Part shown: in pieces, positions 19,101-27,689 of the stretch
Layout of the letters: each line of letters begins with the position of its first letter
Position numbering within the stretch: the first letter of the stretch is position 1
NCBI GenBank assembly: GCA_037441475.1
Contig: JBBISB010000002.1
Coordinates: 60,001 to 92,000 of the forward strand
Direction: 5' to 3'
From: Candidatus Iainarchaeum sp.
Lineage (GTDB): Archaea; Iainarchaeota; Iainarchaeia; Iainarchaeales; CSSED10-239
DNA: 32,000 nucleotides
The notes under the pieces: model-generated
The model's input: the letters and a program-made list of their open reading frames with translations, nothing else
What the model was told of the DNA's origin: nothing
Database searches by the model: none
Made by a program: the position numbers and the translations under genes

Positions 19101-20229
19101 CTACAACCCAACACCTGTAATCTCAGGAGAGGAGTTTGAGATATGGATACAACTTACAAACAAAAGTAATGTTGCTGCTGATAATATAGAATATTTTTTA
19201 GAAACAGCATACCCTTTCATTTTAATATCTGAAAATGAAGGGAAGATTTCAAAGCTTGAGGGCTTTCAATCAAAGATAATAAAATACAAATTAAAAACAA
19301 ACAACGATGTTTTAACAGGAACATACGATCTTGAGTTTAGGTATAAAAGAGAGGGTATTAGTATTTACAATATTAAAAAATACACTATAGACATTAAAGG
19401 TAAATCAGCTATACTTGAGATTGTTTCATCTAATGTCTTAGAAGCAAGTATTGGAGATGATTCAACTGTTCTTTTAAACCTTAAAAACTTAGGACAAAAA
19501 GACTCTAAGGATATCTTCATAACACTCGGAGACTCTGCAGACCAAACAATTAAGGTTATTGGTCTTAAGACACAATATCTTGAGAGAATAAATATTGGAC
19601 AAGAAACAAACGTTTCATTCATGATTAGTGTTTCAAAAAACGTTACTGAAACAAGCTACACTCTTCCAATAACTATTGAATATTCAGATATTGATAGAGA
19701 TTATAAGGTTACAAGAAACATAGGAATAAAGCTTAATGATCAGCCAAAAATGATTTTAAGTGTTATTGGTGTTGGAGATGACTTTAAAATAAAACCAAAC
19801 AGTAAAGAAACAATCACAATTGAGATTTACAATGTTGGTAATGTTGATACTGAGATATCATATGTAACTATTGAAGGAAGCGGTATTAACTCAACAAAGG
19901 ACTTTATAGGTTCTATTGAAAGAGATAATTACGATAAGATAGATGTTGTTTTAAACACTAAAGACATTAAAGAAAAAGAAACAGAAATTACTGTTACTCT
20001 TTTCTATAAGGACAACAACCTTAAGGAACAAAAGATAACACAAACAGTTAGTGTACAAACAGATTTTTCTGCAAATGGAAAGAATGCAAATAAAGCTGTA
20101 ATGTCTGTTCTTGGTATACTTGGTTTTATCTTAGGCCTTGCAGTATTTATTCTTCTTGCAAGATGGCTTATTAAGATATTAATAAAACCTGCATACCATG
20201 CTGTTGTTGGAATATTTAAGAGAAAATAA
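19081..20229 (+). CDS. Beta-sandwich repeat surface protein (COG1361/CARDB-like) with a C-terminal TM anchor
   Basis: Three repeats of the pattern ...V.PG/SGEEF.I.I.L.N.G... (for example PTPVISGEEFEIWIQLTNKS, DSTVLLNLKNLGQKD, KETITIEIYNVGNVD). C-terminal TM VMSVLGILGFILGLAVFILLA. As written it has no signal peptide, and a TAA sits immediately upstream of its ATG. Confidence 0.6.
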   Translation: MQIDTYNYNPTPVISGEEFEIWIQLTNKSNVAADNIEYFLETAYPFILISENEGKISKLEGFQSKIIKYKLKTNNDVLTGTYDLEFRYKREGISIYNIKKYTIDIKGKSAILEIVSSNVLEASIGDDSTVLLNLKNLGQKDSKDIFITLGDSADQTIKVIGLKTQYLERINIGQETNVSFMISVSKNVTETSYTLPITIEYSDIDRDYKVTRNIGIKLNDQPKMILSVIGVGDDFKIKPNSKETITIEIYNVGNVDTEISYVTIEGSGINSTKDFIGSIERDNYDKIDVVLNTKDIKEKETEITVTLFYKDNNLKEQKITQTVSVQTDFSANGKNANKAVMSVLGILGFILGLAVFILLARWLIKILIKPAYHAVVGIFKRK

Positions 20230-20285
20230 ATTTTTTATTTTCTTTTTTTTTATTTTATAAAAAATATAAAAATAATAATTTACAC

Positions 20286-21506
20286 ATGAACACAGAAAAA
20301 TACAAGCACCTTATAGATTTAACATTTAAAAATATTCTAAGAAGACTTAGATCAATTTTAACAATCATAGCTGTAGTGATTGGAATTGCAACCATTGTTG
20401 CCTTGTTTTTAATAAGTGATGGACTACTTAACTATGTTGAAGATGTTTTTATGACAATGGGGATAAACACTATTTTCATTTTTCCAGTAAGCTTTCAAGG
20501 TGGGGCAAACCAAACTATTAGTAGGGTTTCTGAGGATATTAAGATAACGCAAAGTGATCTCCGGCTTATTGAAAAAATACCTGAAATAGATTATGCAATT
20601 GGTTTTTCTTTCAGAACAGCAAAGTATGAGTATAAGGGGGAAGAGAGTTATCAGTTTGTGATAATGGTTGACCCTAAGCTTGCAGATAAAACCTTTGAAA
20701 TAATGGATATAGGGGTAAGGGAAGGAAAGAGCCTTCAAGGAAGAGAAGGGGCAGAAATTGTTGTTGGTTCATACTTTGCAGATAAACTTTTTAAAGAACC
20801 TATTAAGGTTGGACAAAAAATAAAAATTCAAGATAAAGAGTTTAAGGTAATTGGTATTTTAGAACCTGTTGAAAATATGCAAGATGACTCTCAAGCGTAT
20901 ATAACCATGAACAGTGGAAGAGAACTTTTTGATACTGGAGAAACCTTAGATCAGATTTATGCAAGTGTAAAGCCTGAGTATGATCCTTTAGTTGTTCAAA
21001 AAGAGATTGAAAAAAGACTTGAAAAGAAACATGGTAAAAATAAATTTTTTATAATAACAGCAAAACAAGTTTTAACAATGATAAAAACTGTATTAGGTCT
21101 TTTACAAACCATTTTAGTCTCAATCGGGCTTATATCCATTGTTGTTGGAAGTATTGGTATCATGAACTCAATATATACATCAGTTATTGAGAGGACAAGG
21201 GAGATTGGTATCTTAAAATCATTAGGGGCTAAAAAAGAAGATATTTATTTTATATTTACCTTTGAGTCTTTAGTGTTATCTTTAATTGGTGGAATCATTG
21301 GTTTGGGGCTTGGTATTGGAATTGCTAAGTTTGTGGAGTATTATGCAGCAAGCCAAGCCTTTATTACCCTTAATATAATAGTAACATGGCAAGTTGTGGC
21401 TCTTGCTTTAGGAGTATCCATTATTGTTGGAATTGCAGCTGGACTTTTACCTTCAAAATCAGCAGCAAAGATGAATGTCGTGGATGCTTTAAGAAAAACT
21501 ATTTAA
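20286..21506 (+). CDS. ABC transporter permease, FtsX/MacB-type (second copy)
   Basis: Same architecture as 17758..18948. Conserved IERTREIGILKSLGAKKEDI segment. Confidence 0.85.
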   Translation: MNTEKYKHLIDLTFKNILRRLRSILTIIAVVIGIATIVALFLISDGLLNYVEDVFMTMGINTIFIFPVSFQGGANQTISRVSEDIKITQSDLRLIEKIPEIDYAIGFSFRTAKYEYKGEESYQFVIMVDPKLADKTFEIMDIGVREGKSLQGREGAEIVVGSYFADKLFKEPIKVGQKIKIQDKEFKVIGILEPVENMQDDSQAYITMNSGRELFDTGETLDQIYASVKPEYDPLVVQKEIEKRLEKKHGKNKFFIITAKQVLTMIKTVLGLLQTILVSIGLISIVVGSIGIMNSIYTSVIERTREIGILKSLGAKKEDIYFIFTFESLVLSLIGGIIGLGLGIGIAKFVEYYAASQAFITLNIIVTWQVVALALGVSIIVGIAAGLLPSKSAAKMNVVDALRKTI

Positions 21507-21569
21507 GATAGATTTATAAGTATTATTATCTTAGATATTAATATACAATAAAACATAAAAAGAAAAAAT

Positions 21570-22025
21570 ATGATTAACGAAAGATTAATTGAGCATATAA
21601 ACGAACTTAAAAACAAAAGGATATCAGATGTTGAAATTACAGATATACTTCTTTTAAATAACTACACAGCAGAAGAAATTAAGGAAAATCTTAATCATTA
21701 TAATAACATACATGGCTTTTCTTCAAATAACTATATTGAACAGTATGAAAAGATACAGGGAAAGAAGTTTTCAGAAGCAGAAGTTGAAACTTTTAAAAAA
21801 AAAATTGTAAGTGATAAAAAGAACTATGATCAAAAGATAAAGGACATTAAAAGAGAAGAGCCTGCTGTTAAAGTTGAGAAAAAAGAACCTCTTGTAACTT
21901 CTGAGAAAAAGAAGATGAGTAAAGGGGATTTAATTTCAATAGTTGCAATCATTGTTCTTCTAGCCTTTATAATCTATGTTATAATCTCTTACGATGTTAT
22001 AAATAAGATAATTTTGAAAATGTAA
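21570..22025 (+). CDS. Tail-anchored Lys/Glu-rich protein, function unknown
   Basis: 151-aa ORF with one C-terminal TM (LISIVAIIVLLAFIIYVIISY). I recognise no family. Confidence 0.5.
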   Translation: MINERLIEHINELKNKRISDVEITDILLLNNYTAEEIKENLNHYNNIHGFSSNNYIEQYEKIQGKKFSEAEVETFKKKIVSDKKNYDQKIKDIKREEPAVKVEKKEPLVTSEKKKMSKGDLISIVAIIVLLAFIIYVIISYDVINKIILKM

Positions 22026-22085
22026 TTTTAGTTTTTATAAAAAATAGCAAAGCATTATGTTTTTAAAGTTTTAGTATATATAATA

Positions 22086-22110
22086 TTTATATAAAAGCTA
22101 TTTTTATATA
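22086..22110 (+). promoter_or_regulatory. TATA-box-like elements upstream of tRNA-Thr
   Basis: Two tttatata motifs (22086-22095 and 22103-22110) lie 20-45 nt upstream of the tRNA 5' end. This fits an archaeal TATA box centred about 26 nt upstream of the transcription start. I cannot tell which one is used. Confidence 0.35.
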
Positions 22111-22128
22111 TTTTAAAACAAAAATAAA

Positions 22129-22200
22129 GCCTCTATAGCTCAGTGGTAGAGCGGCAGTCTTGTAAACTGTAGGTCGAGGGTTCAAATCCCCCTAGAGGCT
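22129..22200 (+). tRNA. tRNA-Thr (anticodon UGU), no encoded CCA
   Basis: The cloverleaf folds by hand: acceptor gcctcta/tagaggc, D stem gctc/gagc, anticodon stem gcagt/actgt with loop cTTGTAa, T loop ttcaaat. The T stem gaggg/ccccc carries one A50-C64 mismatch. Confidence 0.9.
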
Positions 22201-22206
22201 TCTTTC
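22184..22206 (+). repeat. att-like direct repeat, copy 1 (3' end of tRNA-Thr plus 6 nt)
   Basis: aaatccccctagaggcttctttc matches 23075-23097 at 21 of 23 positions. Confidence 0.75.
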
Positions 22207-22304
22207 TAAAGGGTTATATGTATTTCTATTTTTTTGTACGCTTTTGTTATGTATTTATAAATTTAATGTAATTATATACTTATATAAAATATTAATTTTA
22301 AGGA

Positions 22305-22901
22305 GTGATTTATTTGACAATAAGAAATCCATTTAAAAAAACATTTAAACAAAAAAGAGAATCTATTGGTGTTGATAGAGAGTTTAATGATACAAGAACA
22401 AGGTTAGTTGGAAGTATGAAAGTTACAAATCATCCAAGTCATCGACAAGCAAATCCGAAGATAAGACAAATAGAAACTTTATCTGAAATTCAAATAAATG
22501 GAATAAAAAATAAACTAAAAGAATTATCTTCTAAAAAAACAAAAAATGAACTTGAGGCTAGAAGACAGAAAGAAGCTATCTCAAAATTAAAATCAAAAAT
22601 TAATAAATTAGAATTTTCCACAAAAAATAAAACTTCTCTAATATCAGCTAAAAGAAATGAAGAGAGAAAATTAAGACAAGGTAAATTAATTGAAAAAAAA
22701 CTAAAATCAATTATTAAAGATTCTGCTGCTTTTAAAAGAAATGCTTCTGACTATGTTAAATATAAATTTGATACTAAAATAGATCCTTTAAAATTAAGGC
22801 AAGAATATGAGTATTTTTTAAAAACAAAAAGAAAGTCATTTGCAGATATTACTCTTAACGAAGCAGTGGCCCTTTTAGATAGCGCTATTGTTAAAAAATA
22901 G
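22305..22901 (+). CDS. Lys-rich, probably coiled-coil protein of unknown function inside the tRNA-flanked segment
   Basis: 198-aa ORF preceded by AAGGAG (22299-22304). The start could be GTG at 22305 or TTG at 22314. I recognise no family. Confidence 0.5.
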   Translation: MIYLTIRNPFKKTFKQKRESIGVDREFNDTRTRLVGSMKVTNHPSHRQANPKIRQIETLSEIQINGIKNKLKELSSKKTKNELEARRQKEAISKLKSKINKLEFSTKNKTSLISAKRNEERKLRQGKLIEKKLKSIIKDSAAFKRNASDYVKYKFDTKIDPLKLRQEYEYFLKTKRKSFADITLNEAVALLDSAIVKK

Positions 22902-23074
22902 TTTTTTTAAAAAATTATATAAAAAAATAAGTAAAAAAGAAGAAAAAAGAGTTTTACTCTTCCACAACTCTATTCTCTTTTATTCTTTTAATAATCCTTG
23001 GAGCAAACTTTCAATTATCCTACAGATTGTAGAACCACAATGTTTATAAATAGTAGGCTTTTTACTTTTAGTAA

Positions 23075-23097
23075 AAATCCCACTAGAGGCTTTTTTC
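23075..23097 (+). repeat. att-like direct repeat, copy 2 (displaced partial copy of the tRNA-Thr 3' end)
   Basis: aaatcccactagaggcttttttc. Only the T-loop-to-acceptor portion is duplicated, and no tRNA body lies upstream of it. Confidence 0.75.
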
Positions 23098-23183
23098 TTT
23101 TTTTAATAAATTTAAATAAACCTAATTGTTATTAAATATAGGAATTATTTTTAAACAGGTATTAACACACAAAAAATTATTTA

Positions 23184-23759
23184 CTAAAAATTAATAGTGT
23201 CTATAATAACATGTAATGTTGTATCTTTAGATTTAATCTTTTCAACAACTGCAAAAGAATTGCACACAAAACTAAAATCAGATTTAATTTTATTTAAATT
23301 AATATTGTTATCAAAAAGATTATAAAAAATAGTCATGTGTGGATTATATCTTTCAAGAACATATATATCTCTGTATTTATTATAATAAATTTGAGATAAT
23401 TTATCCTCATATTTTTTAAAAGGTTTTTCAAAAAACATATGTTTTTCACAAAGCTTAACAATATCCTTTTCAATATTTAATAAATATTTTTCTTTTTTAA
23501 AAAGTAGAACTAATGTTTTTTTATTAAATATTTCATATTTATCACTAACTAAAACAAAAGGACTACATTTTTTAGAAAATCTTATTAGATGTTTTAAAAA
23601 AACATCATAATCCTTAACAACAAAACTAGACCTTAAGGTAATGTGTAAGGGATGATTAGTTATTTTAAGATCATATTTTTTATTATACCTAGTTTTAATA
23701 CTTTTTAGATATTTGTGTGTATTTTTATCTGGTAAAATAACAAGATATATTTCTTTCAT
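23184..23759 (-). CDS. 2H phosphoesterase superfamily protein (LigT/ThpR-like)
   Basis: Two H-x-T-x motifs at the expected spacing (HPLHITLRS near residue 39 and NPHMTIFYN near residue 140) in a ~190-aa protein. Confidence 0.6.
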   Translation of the reverse strand: MKEIYLVILPDKNTHKYLKSIKTRYNKKYDLKITNHPLHITLRSSFVVKDYDVFLKHLIRFSKKCSPFVLVSDKYEIFNKKTLVLLFKKEKYLLNIEKDIVKLCEKHMFFEKPFKKYEDKLSQIYYNKYRDIYVLERYNPHMTIFYNLFDNNINLNKIKSDFSFVCNSFAVVEKIKSKDTTLHVIIDTINF

Positions 23760-23870
23760 AAATAACTAATAGAATAGTAAAGAATAAAAAGCATGTAACC
23801 ATTTTTAAAAGGACATACAACAGAGGCTTTCTTGTTATATAATAGTTTTTAATCCCTTAAGATTTTAAAG

Positions 23871-24107
23871 TTATTTTTTACTTTTCTTTACAGGAAGAGA
23901 ATCTATTAAATTTTTAAAACCTAAATCAGACATCTCTAAAGGAACATTTAAACCTATACCTGCCTTCTTTAATTCCTCTAAAAACTCTCTTACAGAAAGT
24001 TTTGAAATTTCTGTGGCTGTAGAAAAATCAACCTCTTCTTTTTCATAAAGAGATAAGGCTTTGTTTAAATAATATTTATTTATATTTTTTGACATAAATA
24101 ACTTCAA
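23871..24107 (-). CDS. UPF0175-like small HTH protein (antitoxin-like)
   Basis: 78 aa. ALSLYEKEEVDFSTATEISKLSVREFLEELKKAGI resembles the UPF0175 (COG2886) consensus. No PIN/DUF3368 partner is adjacent. Confidence 0.5.
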   Translation of the reverse strand: MKLFMSKNINKYYLNKALSLYEKEEVDFSTATEISKLSVREFLEELKKAGIGLNVPLEMSDLGFKNLIDSLPVKKSKK

Positions 24108-24285
24108 AGAAAATTATTTTTATTTGATGTTAGAAGTTTATAACAAAATAAACTAAATATATTTATGTAGTTATATTTAAAAAATAAATGTTTTTGATAA
24201 AAAAACCAGTAATAAAAAGGTTTTGGTACCTATAATATATAACTATTTTTAAGAAAAAGAAACAGTATAAAAGGAAAAATTAAAC

Positions 24286-25032
24286 ATGCTTGAAATATAT
24301 TTATATACATTAATCAGTATCATACTTGTAAGCCTAATATCATTAATTGGTATCCTAACATTATTTACAAACAAAAAACATTTATCAAAAATGCTTTTGT
24401 TCTTAATAAGCTTTTCAGCAGGTGCACTTTTAGGAGATGCTTTTATTCATCTAATACCAGAAAGCTTTGAAAGCTTTAATCATCTAACAATCTCATTTTC
24501 AATAATTGCTGGAATCTTAATATTCTTTATTTTAGAAAAAATTATACACTGGAGACACTGTCATCTTCCAACCTCTAAGGAACATGTACATCCTTTAGGA
24601 AAAATGAACCTTATTGGAGATTTATTACATAACTTCTTAGATGGAATAATCATAGCCACAAGTTATATTGTTTCTATTCCTTTAGGAATAGCAACAACAA
24701 TTGCTGTTATCTTACATGAGATACCACAAGAGATTGGTGACTTTGGAGTTTTGATATATGCAGGATACTCAAGAAGAAAAGCATTAATCCTTAATTTTTT
24801 AATATCCTTAACTGCTGTTTTAGGAGGAATTATAGGTTTACTTCTAAGCAGATATATTGATACCTTTGCAAGCATAATGATAGCATTCACTGCTGGTGGT
24901 TTTATATATATAGCAACATCAGACCTTATGCCTGAACTTAAGAAAGAAACAAGTGTTAAGAAAACTATTATACAGATACTAGGTATTGTCTTAGGAATAA
25001 CTTTAATGGCATTATTAATATTTTTGGAGTAA
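24286..25032 (+). CDS. ZIP-family divalent metal (zinc) transporter
   Basis: The HNFLDGIIIATS and HEIPQEIGDFGVLI signature helices, about 8 TMs, and a His-containing loop (HWRHCHLPTSKEHVHP). Confidence 0.88.
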   Translation: MLEIYLYTLISIILVSLISLIGILTLFTNKKHLSKMLLFLISFSAGALLGDAFIHLIPESFESFNHLTISFSIIAGILIFFILEKIIHWRHCHLPTSKEHVHPLGKMNLIGDLLHNFLDGIIIATSYIVSIPLGIATTIAVILHEIPQEIGDFGVLIYAGYSRRKALILNFLISLTAVLGGIIGLLLSRYIDTFASIMIAFTAGGFIYIATSDLMPELKKETSVKKTIIQILGIVLGITLMALLIFLE

Positions 25033-25035
25033 AGC

Positions 25036-25557
25036 ATGATTGAAAATAAAAAAACCTCAGATAAACTATTGTATGAGATTGTTATCTTTATACTTATCTT
25101 TGCATTAATGATAAGTATTGTTTTTACCTTTGATAAGTTGTTTATAGAAAAACCAATTAATGAATGTTATGATATTTATCAAAAAGATTATAGAAACGAT
25201 AAATGTGAGTATGATAACATAGCTATGAACGAATGTTATGTAAAAGAAGGACAAGTAATTTTTAATAACGACTGCACTCTTACCTGTGATTATTGTTATA
25301 AAAAATATAATGGAGAGATTGAAAAGTATAATAACAAAACAAATCTTTTAAGAATCATCCTTTCATTTATGATTGCACTTTCCCTTGCCTTTATTAACCT
25401 TAAAGACAAGATCATAAGATACTCTTTATTATCTGGAAGTTTAGTATCTTTGTTTGTTTCAACAATAATTGCTATGCAGATGATTGGAATCTTGCTTCCA
25501 ATAGTTATTATTATTGAGTTTTTGTTAGTTTTATTTATTTATAAAAAAACTAAATAA
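25036..25557 (+). CDS. Membrane protein with a Cys-rich extracytoplasmic loop, function unknown
   Basis: 173-aa ORF starting 4 nt after the ZIP gene's stop. TM1 is followed by a ~70-aa loop with 7 Cys (including CTLTCDYCYKKY), then hydrophobic C-terminal helices. Confidence 0.55.
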   Translation: MIENKKTSDKLLYEIVIFILIFALMISIVFTFDKLFIEKPINECYDIYQKDYRNDKCEYDNIAMNECYVKEGQVIFNNDCTLTCDYCYKKYNGEIEKYNNKTNLLRIILSFMIALSLAFINLKDKIIRYSLLSGSLVSLFVSTIIAMQMIGILLPIVIIIEFLLVLFIYKKTK

Positions 25558-26272
25558 TTAATTTGGCTCTATTCTCTCTGAGCCATTTACTTTTTTCTTT
25601 ATGGTTTGGAAAAAACTTTTCAACAACTTTCCAAAAACTCCTTGAGTGGTTATGATGCACTGTGTGAGAAAGCTCATGCACAATTACATAATCAATAATG
25701 TCCTTTGGAGCAAGCAAAAGAGAAGTTGAAAAAACAAGCTTATGATCATGAGAACAAGATCCAAACCTTGAGGTATTGTTCTTTAAAGATACAGATTTTA
25801 TTTCCTTTTTAAAATAAAGACTATTAAAATAATCTACTCTTTCTTTAAGTAAAGGTAAAAGATCCTTTGAAAGAATCTTGTTTAATAGCTTTGAAACTAT
25901 TTCTTTTTCCTTAGAAGAGTTTAAAGGTATTTTAAAAATAATTTCTTTATCTTTAAGTCTTGCAAGAGAGTTTTTTCTTTCCTCTTTTATAATTGTTAGA
26001 AGATACTCTCTACCATAGATAGAAAAAACCTCACCAGAAGAATATGCTTTTAAAGAAATAGGAGAAAACTTCTCCTCGTTCTTTTTCAAGTAACTTATAA
26101 ACTTCTCTTTGATTTTTTTAATCTGCTCTTCTCTTTTACTCTCAAAGAAAAACCTAGGCACCCTTATGTTTACTTTCTTACCTATGGACATATAGGTAGA
26201 GTTTCTTCTCTCCACATATATCCTTATAATATACTCTTTGTTATTAAAAATAAGTTTATCTTCTCTTAACAT
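25550..26272 (-). CDS. DUF45/YgjP-like (M48-related) zinc metallohydrolase
   Basis: HExxH motif in the context YVIVHELSHTVHHNHSRSFWKVVEKFFPNHKE, typical of COG1451 proteins. Confidence 0.75.
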   Translation of the reverse strand: MLREDKLIFNNKEYIIRIYVERRNSTYMSIGKKVNIRVPRFFFESKREEQIKKIKEKFISYLKKNEEKFSPISLKAYSSGEVFSIYGREYLLTIIKEERKNSLARLKDKEIIFKIPLNSSKEKEIVSKLLNKILSKDLLPLLKERVDYFNSLYFKKEIKSVSLKNNTSRFGSCSHDHKLVFSTSLLLAPKDIIDYVIVHELSHTVHHNHSRSFWKVVEKFFPNHKEKSKWLRENRAKLII

Positions 26273-26342
26273 AATAAATCTTTCTACTTTAAAAAGAATA
26301 TGCTACAAATATTTTATATAGATATCATAAAATTGAGAAGAT

Positions 26343-27671
26343 ATGGATAACATAATAGATAGAGTAAAGAAGCTAAATAACTTTACAGAAATTAAAGAAA
26401 AACAAGAGATTGTTTACTGGATGACAAGAGAACAGAGGGTTAAAGACAACTACTCGCTTTTATTTGCAGAAGAAATCTCTATAAAACATAACTGTACTCT
26501 AAAAGTTATTTTTACCTTAACAGATAAGTTTTTAGAAGCACAAGAAAAACAATTTCTTTTCATGCTTGAGGGGTTAAAAGAGGTTTGTGAAAGTTTAAAT
26601 GAGCATGGAATAGAGTTTATTCTTTTAAAAGGAAAAGAAGCTTCTAAAGAGATTATAGATTACATTAATAAAAATAAAGTATCTTCACTTGTAACCGACT
26701 TTGATCCATTAAAGATAAAAACAAAATGGAGAGAAGAGGTTTTAAGAGAGATAAAAGTGCCTTTCTTTATGGTTGATGCACATAACATTGTTCCTGTCTG
26801 GATAGCATCCCCTAAACAGGAGTTTGGGGCATACACTATCAGGCCTAAGATAAACCACTTACTTTTTAGTTATTTAAAAGAGATACCTAATATTAAAAAA
26901 AGAAAAGAGATAGAAACAACCATTGATTGGGAAAAAATAATTACAAAAAAACATGATTATTCTTTTTTATCTGGAGAAAAGTTTGGAAAAAAAGTTTTAA
27001 AAGAGTTTATTGAAGAAAAACTAAACGATTATGCTGTGCTTAGAAACGATCCTTCAAAAGACTGTCAATCAGGACTCTCACCTTACCTTCATTTTGGACA
27101 GATATCCTCACAGAGAATAGCTTTAGAGGTTTTAAAACAAGAGAAAAATGAAGAGAGTAAAAAGGCTTTTCTAGAAGAACTTATTGTTAGAAAAGAACTC
27201 TCTGATAATTATTGTTATTATAACAAAGAGTATGATAACTTTAATGGATTTCCTGAATGGGCTAAAAAAACCATAGAAGAGCATAAGGAGGATAAGAGAG
27301 AATATCTTTACTCACTTAAAGAACTTGAAAATCATAAAACACATGATGTTTTATGGAATACATCTCAAGAAGAAATGGTAAAAATAGGGAAGATGCATGG
27401 TTATTTAAGGATGTACTGGGCAAAAAAGATATTAGAGTGGACAAAAGATGTTAAAGAAGCTCAAGAGGTTGCTATTTTCTTAAATGACAAATATAGTTTA
27501 GATGGAAGAGACCCTAATGGATATACTGGGATTGCATGGTCTCTTGGTGGAGTGCATGATAGAGCATGGAACGAAAGAGATATTTTTGGAAAAATAAGGT
27601 ATATGAGCTTTAACTCTACATCTAAGAAGTTTAACTTAAAAGGATATTTAAAAAAAATAGAAGAATTGTAG
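26343..27671 (+). CDS. phr: Class II cyclobutane pyrimidine dimer photolyase
   Basis: 442 aa. YWMTREQRVKDNYSL, SPYLHFGQISSQRIALEV, GKMHGYLRMYWAKKILEW and GYTGIAWSLGGVHDRAW are class II photolyase blocks. Confidence 0.9.
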   Translation: MDNIIDRVKKLNNFTEIKEKQEIVYWMTREQRVKDNYSLLFAEEISIKHNCTLKVIFTLTDKFLEAQEKQFLFMLEGLKEVCESLNEHGIEFILLKGKEASKEIIDYINKNKVSSLVTDFDPLKIKTKWREEVLREIKVPFFMVDAHNIVPVWIASPKQEFGAYTIRPKINHLLFSYLKEIPNIKKRKEIETTIDWEKIITKKHDYSFLSGEKFGKKVLKEFIEEKLNDYAVLRNDPSKDCQSGLSPYLHFGQISSQRIALEVLKQEKNEESKKAFLEELIVRKELSDNYCYYNKEYDNFNGFPEWAKKTIEEHKEDKREYLYSLKELENHKTHDVLWNTSQEEMVKIGKMHGYLRMYWAKKILEWTKDVKEAQEVAIFLNDKYSLDGRDPNGYTGIAWSLGGVHDRAWNERDIFGKIRYMSFNSTSKKFNLKGYLKKIEEL

Positions 27672-27689
27672 TTTTTATCTTAAAAAAAA

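Noticed and set aside
22129-22200. The tRNA as a possible suppressor of TAA
   Set aside because: The anticodon loop reads cTTGTAa, so the anticodon is UGU (Thr), not UUA.
22201-23074. Calling the tRNA-flanked segment an active mobile element
   Set aside because: No integrase, transposase or replication gene lies in or next to it. Only the repeat scar can be supported.
23822-23833. A third partial copy of the tRNA 3' end (agaggctttctt) between the UPF0175-like and 2H phosphoesterase genes, hinting at nested integrations
   Set aside because: Only about 8-12 nt match and the flanks do not align. My rough estimate is that such an 8-mer is expected about once by chance in a window of this size and composition.
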